Positions 33,741 to 47,249 of a stretch of DNA of 64,000 nt are shown here, piece after piece. The first letter of the stretch is position 1. The number at the start of each line of letters is the position of its first letter. The DNA is from Anthoceros angustus (taxonomy: Eukaryota > Plantae > Anthocerotophyta), in contig MU008215.1 of NCBI GenBank assembly GCA_010909165.1, positions 248,001 to 312,000 on the forward strand, in the 5' to 3' direction. The position numbers were made by a program, and so were the translations under genes. The notes below the pieces were generated by a model. That model did no database searches. It saw only the letters and a list, made by a program, of their open reading frames with translations, and was not told the origin of the DNA.

Positions 33741-34647
33741 GTGGCTGCATGGACAGGAGACAGCACTCATGCTCTCATCTCGGCGTACGAGGAGGTGTAT
33801 GTCAACCATCTTCACAAAGGGAACCTTGCCTCCCACCACTGGGACGCTATTGCACTCATGATTTCGTCCTCTTGCATGGGATTTGTGCCAACAAGTCTGC
33901 AATGTCGCAACAAAATGGACTCCCTCAAGAAGCAATATAAGCAAGAGACCAAAAAGCTTGGCATGGGAGTGTATGCTTCTGAGTGGGCTTTTTGGGAAGC
34001 CCTGCATTCCTTCATGTCAGACAATCCAAAGGTGGTAGGAATGCCTAACTCGCATGATCCAGGCTTTGTGGATTTAACTGAGACGCATGTTTGTGAAGGT
34101 GTGGCATCTGGGATGTCTACGGTGTGTGAGTCATCACACACTCACAACCAAAGCAAGCTCCCTCCCGCCTCTTCTCCTCCTCCCATCCCCACCCCTACAA
34201 CTCCCGTTAGCCCTACCTCCTCTACATCCAAGGACAATCACTCTTGTGATTCACCTTTCACTCAAGTGACAAAGCTCAAAGGTGTTACAGCGAAGAAGGA
34301 CCAATTTTCCAGAAGCAAGTTCTATTAGTGAACAATCAGGTTCTCCAACCCGATCTCGCAGGAGAGAGACACCTTTTGAATACATTGGTAGTTCCTCCCC
34401 CTGCTCCTCTCAGCCACCTTCAAGCATACTTGACCAGTTGTGTGACAAGCTTCAAGAACTGAAGGTTCAAGTCTGGTTCACAAAGCATAATGTGGACAAC
34501 CTGTTGACACAACAACAACACATTTCTACGCGGTGTGAGAAAGACATGTTGGCCATCTCACAGCAAGCAACGAAGAGTAACATGCAGGCTGATGAGATTG
34601 CTAACATGAAGGAGCAGTTGGCAATGCTCAAATCCCCTCAACCCTAG
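33741..34647 (+). CDS. Myb/SANT-like (trihelix-type) domain, Ser/Pro linker and coiled-coil ORF immediately upstream of copia E gag (one frameshift)
   Basis: WTGDSTHALISAY...KGNL...HWDAIA...QCRNKMDSLKKQYKQE...SEWAFWEAL. Continues in ORF 34282-34647, which ends about 30 bp before the gag ATG. Confidence 0.75.
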
Positions 34648-34648
34648 A

Positions 34649-37600
34649 GTGGGTATTACAACTCCAGCATCGATCATGGCTGCAGCAGCATCGACTTCAA
34701 ATTGCCTGCAGGACAAGGACAGGCTTTCGCCTCACAACTACGATGCATGGAGTTTTAGGGTACGATGTATCCTTGAAGATAAAGGTCTCATGGATATTGT
34801 AGATGGCACTTTTCCAGAAAGAATTACAAGAGAGGATTCAGGCAAGAAGGATACTCAAGGAAATGTCATCCATTGGACAATGACAGAAGACGTTGATTGG
34901 CATAAACTGGATAGGAAGGCCAAAACGATATTAGTTGCTTCTGTGTCCCAAGAGATGATACCCCATATCAAGTTGACGTTTATCGCAGTAAATGTGGACG
35001 CTATCAAAAACATATGAATCAAAAGACATAATGTCGAGGTAGCAAAGAACGCAAAGATTTCCACCCAAGATGAGGGAGAATGATTCAGTTGAGAGTCATC
35101 TAGCCAAGTTTCGGGCAGCAAGGGCAAAACTGGCTTCTTGTGGTGTTATCATTTCTCAATCAAGAGCAGCAGTGCAACTCTTAGCCTCATTGCCTCCTAG
35201 CTATGAACAGTGGAGTTCTAGCCAACAGGCGCTGTTCAAGTACCTGCAACATCAACTACACCTGCCACTTCTAGCCTTACAGTTCATAAGTTGGTCGGTG
35301 CCTTGCTACAGGCTGAAGCCAGTCGGAAAATAAGCAAGGATGGATCCAGTTCTTCTCACAAACAGAGTGATACTGCACTCTTTATCGGTCGTGGACGTGG
35401 TCATGGCCGAGGACGAGGTCGAGGTGGATTCGGACGAGGTCGAGGACAAGCGTTTCTCGCTAGCTCCACACCGTCAGGGAAGAAACCAGAGTTTGTAATT
35501 ATTGCAATAAGCGTGGGCATTGGATCAAGGATTGCAGGAAACGAAAAACAGATGAAGGAGGCAGATCAAAACTAGGTGAAGCAAATGTAACAGGAGTTGC
35601 ACGTTCTTCCACACCTGGCTTGTTGTTTACATGTCTCACCTCTGTATCCAAGAATTCACATAGATGGTTCCTGGACAGTGGGGCATCTAACCACATGTGT
35701 TCTCAACGAAAGTACTTTGCTACCTATCAGACATCACCAAAGTGTCAAGGTCATGCAGTGGTACTTGGAGACAACTCTCAGCTTGCAATTAAGGGATCTG
35801 GGAGTATCACAGTTCGTTTGCACAATGGAGACTTGCTGCAACTTGAGAACACTTTGCATGTACCAGCTTTGACTAAAAACTTGGTCAATACTATGGTCTT
35901 ATGCAGAGAAGGAAGATACAGAGTTACCTTTGAAGGGACAGAGTGTGTTGTGACACATCTGTCCACTTCCATGGTGGTTGCTCGTGGTAAGCCACTGTAT
36001 GATTTGTACCTACTTGACTTCTTTTCAGTGACTCCTCCTGCAACAGCCCACACAGCAAATGTTAGACCGTCACCTAGCAATGCATTTCGATGGCATTGCC
36101 ACTTGGGCCATCCCAACTTACAAGCTATGAGGAGGCTACTTAAAGAGAAGATGGTCACGTGGTTCGGAATCGACTTACCGGCCTTGGAGCTGTGTGTGGC
36201 ATGTGTCCATGGTAAGCAATTCAAATCTCACTTCGGCAGTGGGAGACCACGGAAAGCTTCAGATACTCTTGATCTGGTGCACACTGACATATGTGGACCA
36301 ATGTCCACTCCCTCATGGGGAGGTGCACGTTACTTTGTAGTATTTGAAGATGATCGTACTCACTTCACTATAACTGATCTGTTGAAGCATAAGAGCCAAG
36401 TGTTTGACAGTTTCAAAAAGTATCTTGCCTATGGCCGAGAGATGATGGTGAAATGCATTCGTTCTTATAACGGCAAGGAGTACCTGTCACAAGCATTTCA
36501 GGAGTTCTGTCAGGAGCGTGGCATTACTCGTCAGCTGACTATCCCATATCACTCTGATATGAATGGTCGGGCAGAGAGGAGACATCAAACAATGCAAGAT
36601 GCAGCCAGATCACTACTATTCCAGGGGAGGTTGTCAATCAAATTCTGGGCAGAAGCAGTGCAGGTTGCAACTTATCTTCAAAACCGGATTGCTGTTTCTT
36701 CTCTCCCTCGTGGAACACCATTTGAAGCTTGGACGGGTGCTAAGCCAGATATCTCACATCTTCGTACCTTCAGCAGTGTTGCGTATGCACAGCTAAGGCG
36801 TAAGTTCGACTATAAATCGACATATCTTCATTGGGTACACCTGTGCATTCATGGTTATAAATTGTTTGAACTCGAGTCATAGAGTGGTGTATGCCCGTGT
36901 CATGTTTGATGAGAGAATAGTCTTACAAACTGATCCCGGCTTGAAGATGTCGCTATAAGATGTCAGAAGATCCTAAACAAGATCCTCGATGTGGAGATGT
37001 TGCTGGGATCCATCTTATGTAGATGTCTTACTTGTTGATGCAGGATGGCCCGAGACCCCTGATCCAGAGCCTTTCGGTGATGATGATCATGTCCCACAAC
37101 CACCTGGTCCTCTTCATGATCTAGAGTCAGATCCTGAAGTCGAGGGTGTCGATCCTTTGTTTGAAGATGACCTTGGTCAGTCTGAGGATGAGCTATAGAG
37201 CTGCCCGACCTAAAGTGCCTCCTTAGCTCGAGTACATCGTCCTCCTGATGAGTGGGTTGAACGTCCATATCATAGTAGATTGGCATTCCAGTCACGATGA
37301 CAGACCAGTTCCTCGTCCTCTTGGTTCTGGTCCTGGTGAGTTTGTAGTTGATGTAGTTCATGGAGTGAACCTTACCGTCAACCCTGGTCACGAACCACAA
37401 ACCTATCAGGAGGCTATCACATGTCCTGAATCCACGTTCTGGAAGGCGGCTATTAAATCTGAATATGACTCTTTGATTGCCAACAATACCTGGGAGTTAT
37501 GCCCTCCGTCTCAGGGGAGGAAGATAGTTACCTCCAAGTGGGTCTTCAAGTTGAAGTATAAGGCTGATGGCACAATCTCCCGGTATAAGGCAAGACTTGT

Positions 37601-40302
37601 TGCTCGTGGATTTTCTCAAGTTCCAGGTTTGGACTATCATGAGACATTCTCTCCCGTGGTGAAATCACAGTTGCTTCGTGTACTCTTCTCCATGTCAGCA
37701 TTCTTTGGCCTGTTCATCCATCAGATGGACGTTCAAACTGCATTCTTGCATGGCAAATTGGAAGAAGAAATATTTATGCAACAACATGAAGGTTTCGAGT
37801 TTGAAGGTAAGGAGGACTGGGTCTGCAGGTTGCTGAAGACTTTATATGGCATGAAGCAGAGCCCTCGTGCTTGGTATGAGTGCATTTATGAGTTTCTCCT
37901 TGGCCTTGGCTTTGTAAAAAGTTCAGCTGATGCAAATGTGTACCTACTGCAAGACGGAGAAGATTATGTTACACTTGCACTTTATGTGGATGATTGCATA
38001 TTACTTGGTACTAATCAAATCGTGATGATTGAGCGTGTCAAAGGCTTACTGTCAGGATGATTTGAGATGGTGGATGTCGGTGAGCTGTCATACTGTTTGG
38101 GAACACAGCTCCATCGAATTCCTGCCACAGGCACATTGGTTATCCATCAGCAGAAGTATATACTTGACATGCTCTTCAAGTATAAAGCAAAGCTAGCTCT
38201 TACTCCACTTGAGTCTGGTTGCAAACTTAGCAAGAGTCAGTCCCCTCAAACTGACGATGAGAAGAGTGAGATGGCAGGAGTTCCCTATGCTCGCAAGAGG
38301 TTCTCTTATCTTCGCTCAAAATCATAGTCAGTCCGGATGTAGCACTTGCAGTGAGTATGGTGTCCCAGTTTCTGAAAGAGCCAGGTAGAACCAATTGGTC
38401 AGCTACCAAAAGAATACTTAGATACCTAAAAGGGACAACCACACATGGTGTGCACTACACAAAGAGAGCAAGTGAGAATGAACCTCTTACCTTGATAGGA
38501 TACTGTGACGCTAACTGGGCTGCAGATGTCGATACGAGAAGGTCCATGCATTTTTATTGGGGTGTCACACCGGTCTTGAAGAAACAGCATATATCCTTAT
38601 CTTCTCGAGGTCGAGTATTGGCACTTACCCATGCAGCAAAAGAGGCTATCTGGTTACGAAGGTTTTTGGCAGATCTTGGATAGCAGCAGAAAGAACCAAC
38701 ATTAATATATTGTGACAACCAATCTGCACTGGCGTTAGCTCAAAATCCTGTATATCACGCAAGAACAAAACATATTGAAGTGCACCATCACTTCGTTAGA
38801 GATGCTACTACAGAAGGACACATCAGGCTCGAATATATACCAACTGACTCCAACACTGCAGATATTCTCACAAAGTCTTTACCAAAGCTCAAACATTACC
38901 AGTTTAAGGAGTCTTTGGGAGTTCTAGAGTCAGACAGTGTCAAAATGTAACAGGTCATTGCTGCTGTGTCAATCAGAGTTCACGACGATCATGGGCAGCT
39001 ATAGGTTGCCTAGCCAGACTCAGATGAAGTATCGTCAGTTCCAAAGAACAAGGACCTCTTTTCATTCCGGCTTGCTTTGAGACGGTTTAGAAAATTTGGG
39101 TCGTAGTCAGGCTGGTTTTCTTCTTCTGAAGAGTCGTAGACTATGTCAGCCTCTCCACACATCTTGGCCTCGATATCAGAATACATGACAAGAAGAAGTT
39201 AGTGAACTAGGGCAAGAAGGCTCACACCACACAAACAAAGGGGGAGATGATTTGAGTCTGGAACTTACACTGAGAATGTGATGAAATTAGCATCTCCTCC
39301 TCCCCATCCGAACCAGCTTTTCTCACTATAACAATCCCAGCAGTGCTCGCAGTGTAGGTCCTGTGTGTTAGAGGGTCATCAACTCCGCTTCTGCCAAGAC
39401 TCTAATCCCTCCTCGTGAGATGACCTCTGGCAACCGAATGTGTCTTGGAACAAAGGAAGTCGGCAGCACAATCTTTCCTGGTCGTCCCCATCCGCTGCAG
39501 CAGTCTTGCAATCAAGGGCGACCAAGGCGTAACTCCTGTGTTACCAGCTGTCACCGACCTATGGTTTTCTAGCGAAATGTTCTTCGCGCCTCAAGTCTGC
39601 ATAGGATCTTCGCAGCCTTCTCCAATGTGTCATGGAGAATTCTGCCGGAGCCGAGAGATTTGAATCGTGCTGGATTGGACACACAGTGGTGATCTTCTAT
39701 GTGATACTTGGCCTCGCCATCGGGCCCTTGGAGCTTGAGAGGTGGCGGATCAGGCCGCACCGGAGCTCGACATTCGAGCTCGCTAGTCGAAATGAAATGG
39801 AATCGACACCGACGCTAGAGGTCGGGGAGGAGGCGTGAGACCTAGTCTTCATCATTTTGAATCAGAATGGTTTTAGGTCTAGATTTAGTTTTTCAATTAT
39901 CCCGTAATGATAATGAGTGGGAGTGTTAAATATATGCTTCCCTCATATATACTTTACATTGTACATTACATATTTGGGTTAGTGTTAGGGCTGTGTACAG
40001 TTATTAGTTGTAACCGTTTCTAGACGTTTATGTCCTTTTGACACACGCGCATAATTTATTATTCTTGTTGTGTAGGCTCTAGTGTGCATAGCCAGCATTG
40101 TGTAAAACTCTACAGGCTCCAGGCCAGCCCGGCGGCCTCCGCTACCGCCGCCGGAGAATCCCCCTCGTAGTTTGTGACCGCGAACGACACCTCGCCAGAT
40201 AGCTCACCGGAGCTGGTCGACACTTATCGTCTCCTAACTATGTTTGTGGTGTCCAGCCATTCTAGTAATGTTTTGTTGAAAGCGTCGAGAGGAGTTATCT
40301 AA
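34649..40302 (+). mobile_element. Ty1/copia family E: gag-pol, ~1 kb 3' region, PPT, 3' LTR
   Basis: NYDAWSFRVRCILEDKGLMDIVDG gag, WFLDSGASNHM, WHCHLGH, LVHTDICGP, MDVQTAFLHG, LYVDD and YCDANWAAD. PPT gagtgggag and LTR TGTTAAAT from 39924; LTR end uncertain (up to about 40302). 5' LTR not present. Confidence 0.88.
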
Positions 40303-40306
40303 ATCT

Positions 40307-40513
40307 TATGCTGAGAAACTAGCTCTGATGTTTGGTCTCTTAAACACTCTGAGTGAGACTCTAGTGGTAACGAAGAATCTACGAATGTGCCATGACTGCC
40401 ACAATTCCACGGAGATCATGTCAAGGCTTGAACGGAGACACATTGTTTTAAGGGATGGGTACCATGTGCATTGATTCCAAGATAGCTGTTGCAATTATAA
40501 GGGTCGACCTTGA
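40307..40513 (+). pseudogene. Decayed DYW:KP C-terminal fragment (GRP end)
   Basis: YAEKLALMFGLLNT...KNLRMCHDCH...DGYHVH*FQDSCCNYKGRP*. Has HAE to YAE (cat to tat) and a cga to tga stop. Confidence 0.85.
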
Positions 40514-40813
40514 GAATAAGCAAGTTTTCGAGTGTGCACTATTCCTTTTTTTCCTGGGAGTGAATGTGCTTGCTTATCTCATCTCATGGGCAACTTTCTA
40601 TAAGACTACGGGCTTTCCTTAGTAGAAGACGGCCTGATATTGGATTGTTTTCCTTCTCAATAGGTACCATACCTACATGCATATTTGCACTACGGGATCA
40701 GTATTTAGTGCAAATAATTTATGTTGATCATTGGTCGTTTGTGGCAAAGAGGTTCCACCGTTCCACCGCGACGCCCGACGGAGACGGAACTGACAAGGCT
40801 GGACTATTGGTTG

Positions 40814-40902
40814 GCCTTGGACGAGGCTGGCCTCTTTGCCTTGGACGAGGCTGACCGCTTTGCCTTGGACGAGGCTGACCGCTTTGCCTTGGATGAGGCT
40901 GG
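40814..40902 (+). repeat. 24-bp tandem repeat (gccttggacgaggctgaccgcttt), about 3.7 units
   Basis: Directly visible. Confidence 0.9.
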
Positions 40903-41045
40903 ATGTTGGCCTTCGATTGAGGTTGAGCCTGGGTTTCTCAATGTTGCAGTCTTCATTCGTGCCATGTACACATGTATTGTCATGCTATGGGGTTGACATT
41001 CAACATGTGTAACCCGGTGATGATCACAGAACACAAGCGCACCAC

Positions 41046-41105
41046 ATATATATCATGTATGTATGTATGTATGTATGTATGTATATATATATGTATGTAT
41101 GTATG

Positions 41106-41154
<49 letters not shown>

Positions 41155-41168
41155 GTATATATGTATGT
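41046..41168. repeat. (TATG)n/(TA)n microsatellite
   Basis: Directly visible. Confidence 0.95.
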
Positions 41169-41305
41169 ACACGACATACAGATAACGTAACCGGAAGCCA
41201 GAAAGAAGCGGGTTGCACGAAAGCCTGCACCTGTCTTGCCTCTTCCCAATACTGTAAGTTTTCCGTGGCATACCAACTTGGGCACTTACTACTTGTTCAC
41301 TGTTC

Positions 41306-43874
41306 TCACGGTCGACCCTGACAACTGCAACAACCATTTGCGAATCGATGCACCCGGTACCCATCCCTTACGACGATGTCTCTCTGTTCAAGCCTTGACA
41401 TGATCTCCGTGGACCTGTGGCAGTCACTGCACATGCGTAGGTTCTTCGTTACCACCAGAGGTGTCCACTCAGTGTTCAAGAGACCAAACGCCAGAGCTAG
41501 CTTCTCAGCATGCCCACAAAGCGCATCTTCCTTTTCCTTCTCACACACAGCTTCAACACCAACTTTGTGAGGTACGTGGCCTCCTTCCTGCTTCAGACGT
41601 GCATTGCTCTCTACCTTAAGCGCAATATCCTCTCCTTTCTCCCACCAGAAATCTATGTACCTGCTTATTCACCTCAATGGTCGCCACTGCAGGTTTCTTG
41701 TTAGCTCCTGCTACCATTCTCTGTGTTTCAATCCTGTCTACATCGTCCACCTACCTGCATCTGCATAGGCATTGGCCATGAGCACATACGCAGACGCCCC
41801 TGAGGGTCCAGCCTAACAATGCTTTCAAAACACCATCCTCTCTATATCCCGTGACTTTTGCAGGCATTCAACAAAGACGTCAATCCACAACATTACTTTG
41901 GCCCTCATGATGACCATGTTCTCAGCCTCATCTAAATGGCCTGCACGCCCAAGAAGATCAATCATGCAGGTGTAATGCTCAATAGTAGGTTTGATGCCAT
42001 GCTGTTCAGCCATGGAATCAAAGTGCTTCGACCCTCGTGGACCAAGTCCTCATGACTGCATGCTACTAGAAGGCAAGTAAAAGTAGCACCATCAGGCTGA
42101 ATACCGGCAACTAACATCTCCTCAAAACAAGCTAGTGCCTCTGACCATCATCACAAGTACCATACCCAGATATCAGGGCATTCCATGTCACCACATCCTT
42201 TGTGTTCATGCTGTCAAAAACCTGGCGTGCATCTTCCAGTTCACCACATTTTGCATACATGTCCACCAGGCAGTTGCCCAACACATTATCCAGCAGTCCT
42301 CTTTCCACAATCTGTGAGTGCAGCTGCCCTTCTGTAAGGCACCAGTGCTTCCACAGGCCTTCAGAAGGCAAGCAAAAAATAACATGGTCAGCCAAAATGA
42401 GGCCTTCCTCCATTTGTCCATACAGAACAAGCTCTTGGCCGAGTCCTCTGTGCATACCCAGCAATCAGGGCATTCCATGTCACCACATCCTTTGTGCCAA
42501 GCTGTCAAAAACCTGTGCATCTTCCAGTTCACCACATTTTGCATACATGTCCACCAGGCAGTTGCCCACCAAGTATGTCATCCAGCAGTCCTCTTTCGAC
42601 AATGTGAGTGCAGCTGCCTGCCCTTCTGTAAGGCACCAGTGCACAGGCCTTCAGAAGGCAAGCAAAAGTAACATGGTCAGCCAAAATGAGGCCCTCCTGC
42701 TCCATTTGTCCATACAGAACAAGCGCCTCATGTCCCAACTTGCTGCATACCCAGCAATCAGGGCATTCCATGTCACCACATTCTTTGTGTTCATGCAAAA
42801 ACCTGGCGTGCATCTTTCAGTTCACCACCATACCCAGATATCAGGCATTCCATGTCACACATCCTTTGTGGTGCTGTCAAAACCTGGCGTGCATCTTTCA
42901 GTTCACCACATTTTGCATACATGTCCACCAGGCAGTTGCCAACAAAAGTCAGTAGGAATGCCACTGCACACATCACAGTGCACTTTTCTGCCAGATTCCA
43001 AGTCGGCAATGCACAAGCTTGAAGGGCAGCTACAAAGACGTGAGCATCCGCCTTCACTCCTGACCTACGCATCTCATGGTACAGTTGTATGGCCTCATTA
43101 GGTTTCCCATGCTTAGCATGCAGGAGATTATGGAAGACCACATGAAGACATCTGGTTTGCCACCCTGGTGAACACATCCATGGCCTCCTGCAGCCTACCT
43201 CCACATGCATACATGCGCAAGATATGGTTCCCCAAGTATGCATTCGACTCGTACCCAAGTTTGACAGTGAGATCATGAACTCGTCGCCCCACAACCAAAT
43301 CCTTCTTAGCTGTACACAGTTTAGCACAGTGTAAAACAGAGACTGGAGTCTGTCTGCGCCAGAGATTCCAGGGCTCCAACGGCCTCAGAAAGCTTCCCTG
43401 CTGACATAACGTGCTCACGGTTCCAGCCGTTACGACGCCCATTTCCGATCCTGCCAGGTTCAGGCTTATCCGAGCTCGACTTGGAAGGAGGCACCATGAC
43501 CCATCTGCATATCCAAGGAAACGAGCTGCTCATCAACCCAAGCTGGCTTAAACATGCTGTTTAACCACAGGACCTCGCCGGACCCTTACGCCGGAAGTCA
43601 GGCGAACGGGAGTCTTCTTATCTCGTCTGTTGTCCCACCACATGGTAGGGTCCAGAAAAATTGTTGCCACAAGTGCTCCTGCTCCTGGCGACGACCATCG
43701 CTGGAATCGTCCCCACCCACAATTTTCGGAAGTGCTGGGCTCCTTACACTGCTGCACCTGGAGGCTTGGTTTGCCAGGGGTTGACTCCTGAGGTGAGCGG
43801 GAGCTCCTCGTAGAATCCCTGTACACACACACCAATTTGTTGGGTCCACAACGGTCCGGGCCATACTGTGGCAT
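41306..43874 (-). CDS. PPR gene 2: PDF motif, PLS array, E1/E2, DYW:KP (GRP end); many frameshifts (artefact or pseudogene unresolved)
   Basis: [15 protein letters not shown] near 43630, PPR motifs, and CGHAEKLA...CSDCH...CSCQGRP* ending at 41306. Confidence 0.78.
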
Positions 43875-44215
43875 CGTTCAGGGACGTCAGCTGAAGACTG
43901 TCAGATGAGGACTGTGCATACCACACACCTGAAGGATGGTGCATGGTCCAGGAGCAGGACGAAGACCAGTCCTTTGACTTCAGGAGTTTGCATTCACACT
44001 GAAGGAGACATGGTTTCAACATGCGGCTATTGTAAAAAGTGTTTTTAGAGACATTCATTTTCATATCCTGGACAAGAAAGTTTCATTCATCTCTCTGTTC
44101 TGATGAGGTGATCAAGAGCCATCCATGCATGTCTCAGTTACATGAGTTCAAGCATTCACCCCAAGGAAAGGAATATTCTCTGGCGTCACTTACACTGGCT
44201 AGTTCCTTCATTTTT

Positions 44216-47045
44216 TCACGGTCGACCTTACAACTGCAACAACCATTTGCGAATCGATGCACACGGTACCCATCCCTTACAACAATGTCTCTCTGTTCAA
44301 GCCTTGACATGATCTCCGTGGAACTGTGGCAGTCACTGCACATGCGTAGATTCTTCGTTACCACCAGAGGTGTCCCACTCGGAGTGTTCAAGAGACCAAA
44401 CGCCAGAGCTAGCTTCTCAGCATGCCCACAAAGCACATCTTCCTTTTCCTTCTCACAGCTTCAACACCAACTTTGTGTGAGGTACGTGGCCTCCTTCCTG
44501 CTTCAGACGTGCATTCGTGCTCTCTACCTTAAGCGCAATATCCTCTCCTTTCTCCCACCAGAAATCTATGTACCTGCTTATTCACCTCAATGGTCTGCAG
44601 GTTTCTTGTTAGCTCCTGCTACCTTCTGTGTTTCAATCCTGTCTACATCGGTCCACCTACCTGCATCTGCGTAGGCATTGGCCATGAGCACATATGCAGG
44701 CGCCTCCTGAGGTCCAGCCTAACAATGCTTTCAAAACACCACATCCTCTCTATATCCCCGTGACTTTTGCAGGCATTCAACAAAGACGTCAAGCCCACAA
44801 CATTACTTTGGCCCTCACATGACATATCTTCTCAGCCTCATCTAAATGGCCTGCACGCCCAAGAAGATCAATCATGCAGGTGTAATGCTCAATAGTAGGT
44901 TTGATGCCATGCTGTTCAGCCATGGAATCAAAGTGCTTGCGACCCTCATGGACCAGTCCTCATGACTGCATGCTACTAGAAAAAGTAGCATCAGGCTGAA
45001 TACCGGCAACTAACATCTCCTCAAAACAAGCTAGTGCCTTGTGACCTTCATCACAAGTACCATACCCAGATATCAGGGCATTCCATGTCACCACATTCTT
45101 TGTGTTCATGCTGTCAAAAACCTGGCGTGCATCTTCCAGTTCACCACATTTTGCATACATGTCCACCAGGCAGTTGCCCAACACTACGTTATCCAGCAGT
45201 CCTCTTCCACAATCTGTGAGTGCAGCTGCCTGCCCTTCTGTAAGGCACCAGTGCTTCACAGGCCTTCAGAAGGCAAGCAAAAGTAACATGTCAGCCAAAA
45301 TGAGGCCTCTTGCTCCATTTGTCCATAACAAGCGCCTCTTGGCGAGTCCTTGCTGTGCATACCCAGCAATCAGGGCATTCCATGTCACCACATTTGTGGC
45401 CAAGCTGTCAAAAACCTGGCGTGCATCTTCCAGTTCACCACATTTTGCATACATGTCCACCAGGCAGTGCCCACCGTCATCCAGCAGTCCTCTTTCAACA
45501 ATCTGTGAGTGCAGCTGCCTGCCCTTCTGTAAGGCACCAGTGCTTGCACAGGCCTTCAGAAGGCAAGCAAAAGTAAGTAGCCAAAATGCCCTCCTCCATG
45601 CTCCATTTGTCCATACAGACAAGCCTCTTGGCGAGCCCTTGCTGTGCATACCCAGCAATCAGGGCATTCCATGTCACCACATCCTTTGTGGCCAAGCTGT
45701 CAAAAACCTGGCGTGCATCTTCCAGTTCACCACATTTTGCATACATGTCCACCAGGCAGTTGCCCACCATATCAGCAGTCCTCTTTCAACAATCAGTGAG
45801 TGCAGCTGCCTGCCCTTCTGTAAGGCACCAGTGCTTGCACAGGCCTTTAGAAGGCAAGCAAAAGTAACATGGTCTGCCAAAATCAGGCCCTCTTGCTCCA
45901 TTTGTCCACACAGAATATGTGACTCTTGGCTGAGTCCTAGCTGTGCGTACCCAGATATCAGGGCATTCCATGTCACCACATCCTTTGTGCCCATGCTGTC
46001 AAAAACCTGTTGCGCATCTTTTAATGAACCACATTTTGCATACATGTCGACCAGGCAAGTGCCAACAAACCGGTTAAGAGGAATGCCACTGTGCAACACA
46101 TCACAGTGCACTTCTCTGCCAGTTTCCAAGTCGGCGGCAAATGCGCAAGCTTGAAGGGCCGCAACAAAGACGTGACCATTGGCCTTCACCCCTGACCTGT
46201 GCATATCATGGTACAGTTGTATGGCCTCAATAGGTTTCCCATGCTTAGCGTATGCGGAGATTATAGAAGACCACATGAAGGCATCAGGTTTGCCCACCCT
46301 GGTGAACACATCCATGGCCTCCTGTAGCCTACCTCCACATGCATACATGCGCAAGATATGGTTCCCCAAGTATGCATTCGAATCGTACCCAAGTTTGACA
46401 GTGAGATCATGAACTCGTCGCCCCACCAAATCCTTCTTAGCTGCTCAGCACAGTGTAAAACAGAGACTGAGAAATGCAGAGTCTGTCTGCGCCAGAGATT
46501 CCAGGGCTCCAACGGCCTCAAGCTTCCCTGCTGACATAACATGCTCACGGTTCCAGCCGTTACGACGCCCATTTCCGATCCTGCACGCCTCCAGGTTCAG
46601 GCTTATCCAGAGTGCTCGACTTGGAAGGAGAGGCACCATGACCCATCTGCATATCCAAGGAAACGGGCTGCTCATCAACCCATGCTGGCTTTAACAGATT
46701 GTTTAACCACAGGACCTCGCCGGACCCCTTACGCCGGAAGTCAGGCGAACGGGAGCTCTTCTTATCTTGTCTGTTGTCCCACCACATGGTAGGGTCCAGA
46801 AAAAATTGTTGCCACAGGTGCTCCTGCTCCTGCTCCTCGTGACGACCATCGCTGGATAACTCGTTCCAACACACACGATTTATCAGAATCGGAAGTGCTG
46901 AGCTCCTTACGCTGCTGCACCTGGATTGACTGATTGCCAGGGGTTGGTTTCCTACGGTGAGGTGGGCGGGAGCCCCCAGTACAATCCCTATGCACGCACC
47001 GATTTGTTGGATCCACAACGGGTCCGGTTGCCATACTGTGGCCAT
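44216..47045 (-). CDS. PPR gene 3: PDF motif, PLS array with 4 YAKCG S-motifs, E1/E2, DYW:KP; frameshifted
   Basis: ORF 46560-47045 has [19 protein letters not shown]; 251-aa clean PPR ORF at 45674-46429. HAEKLA and CSDCH present; GRP is restored by one G. Confidence 0.8.
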
Positions 47046-47249
47046 AGTTCAACGACCGATGTGGGAAGCTGAGGGATGAGTAACCCCGTAGGACACTTAC
47101 ACGGCTTGTAAGTGATTACGTGAGTTAGCGGTAGGGCCCAGTACAAGCTCTTGGACCCGTTTTTGCAGCAGTACAATGAGGAAATGGAAAATGAGGCGAA
47201 GGGCAGGCAGTAATTCCGCTCGTGGGTGCATGCAGGTCGCAATTCAAGC

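Noticed and set aside
40814-40902. Regular repeat checked as possible CRISPR-like array
   Set aside because: Contiguous 24-bp tandem units without spacers, in a eukaryotic context.
40972-41364. YIYIYI / MYVCMY ORFs
   Set aside because: Microsatellite translation.
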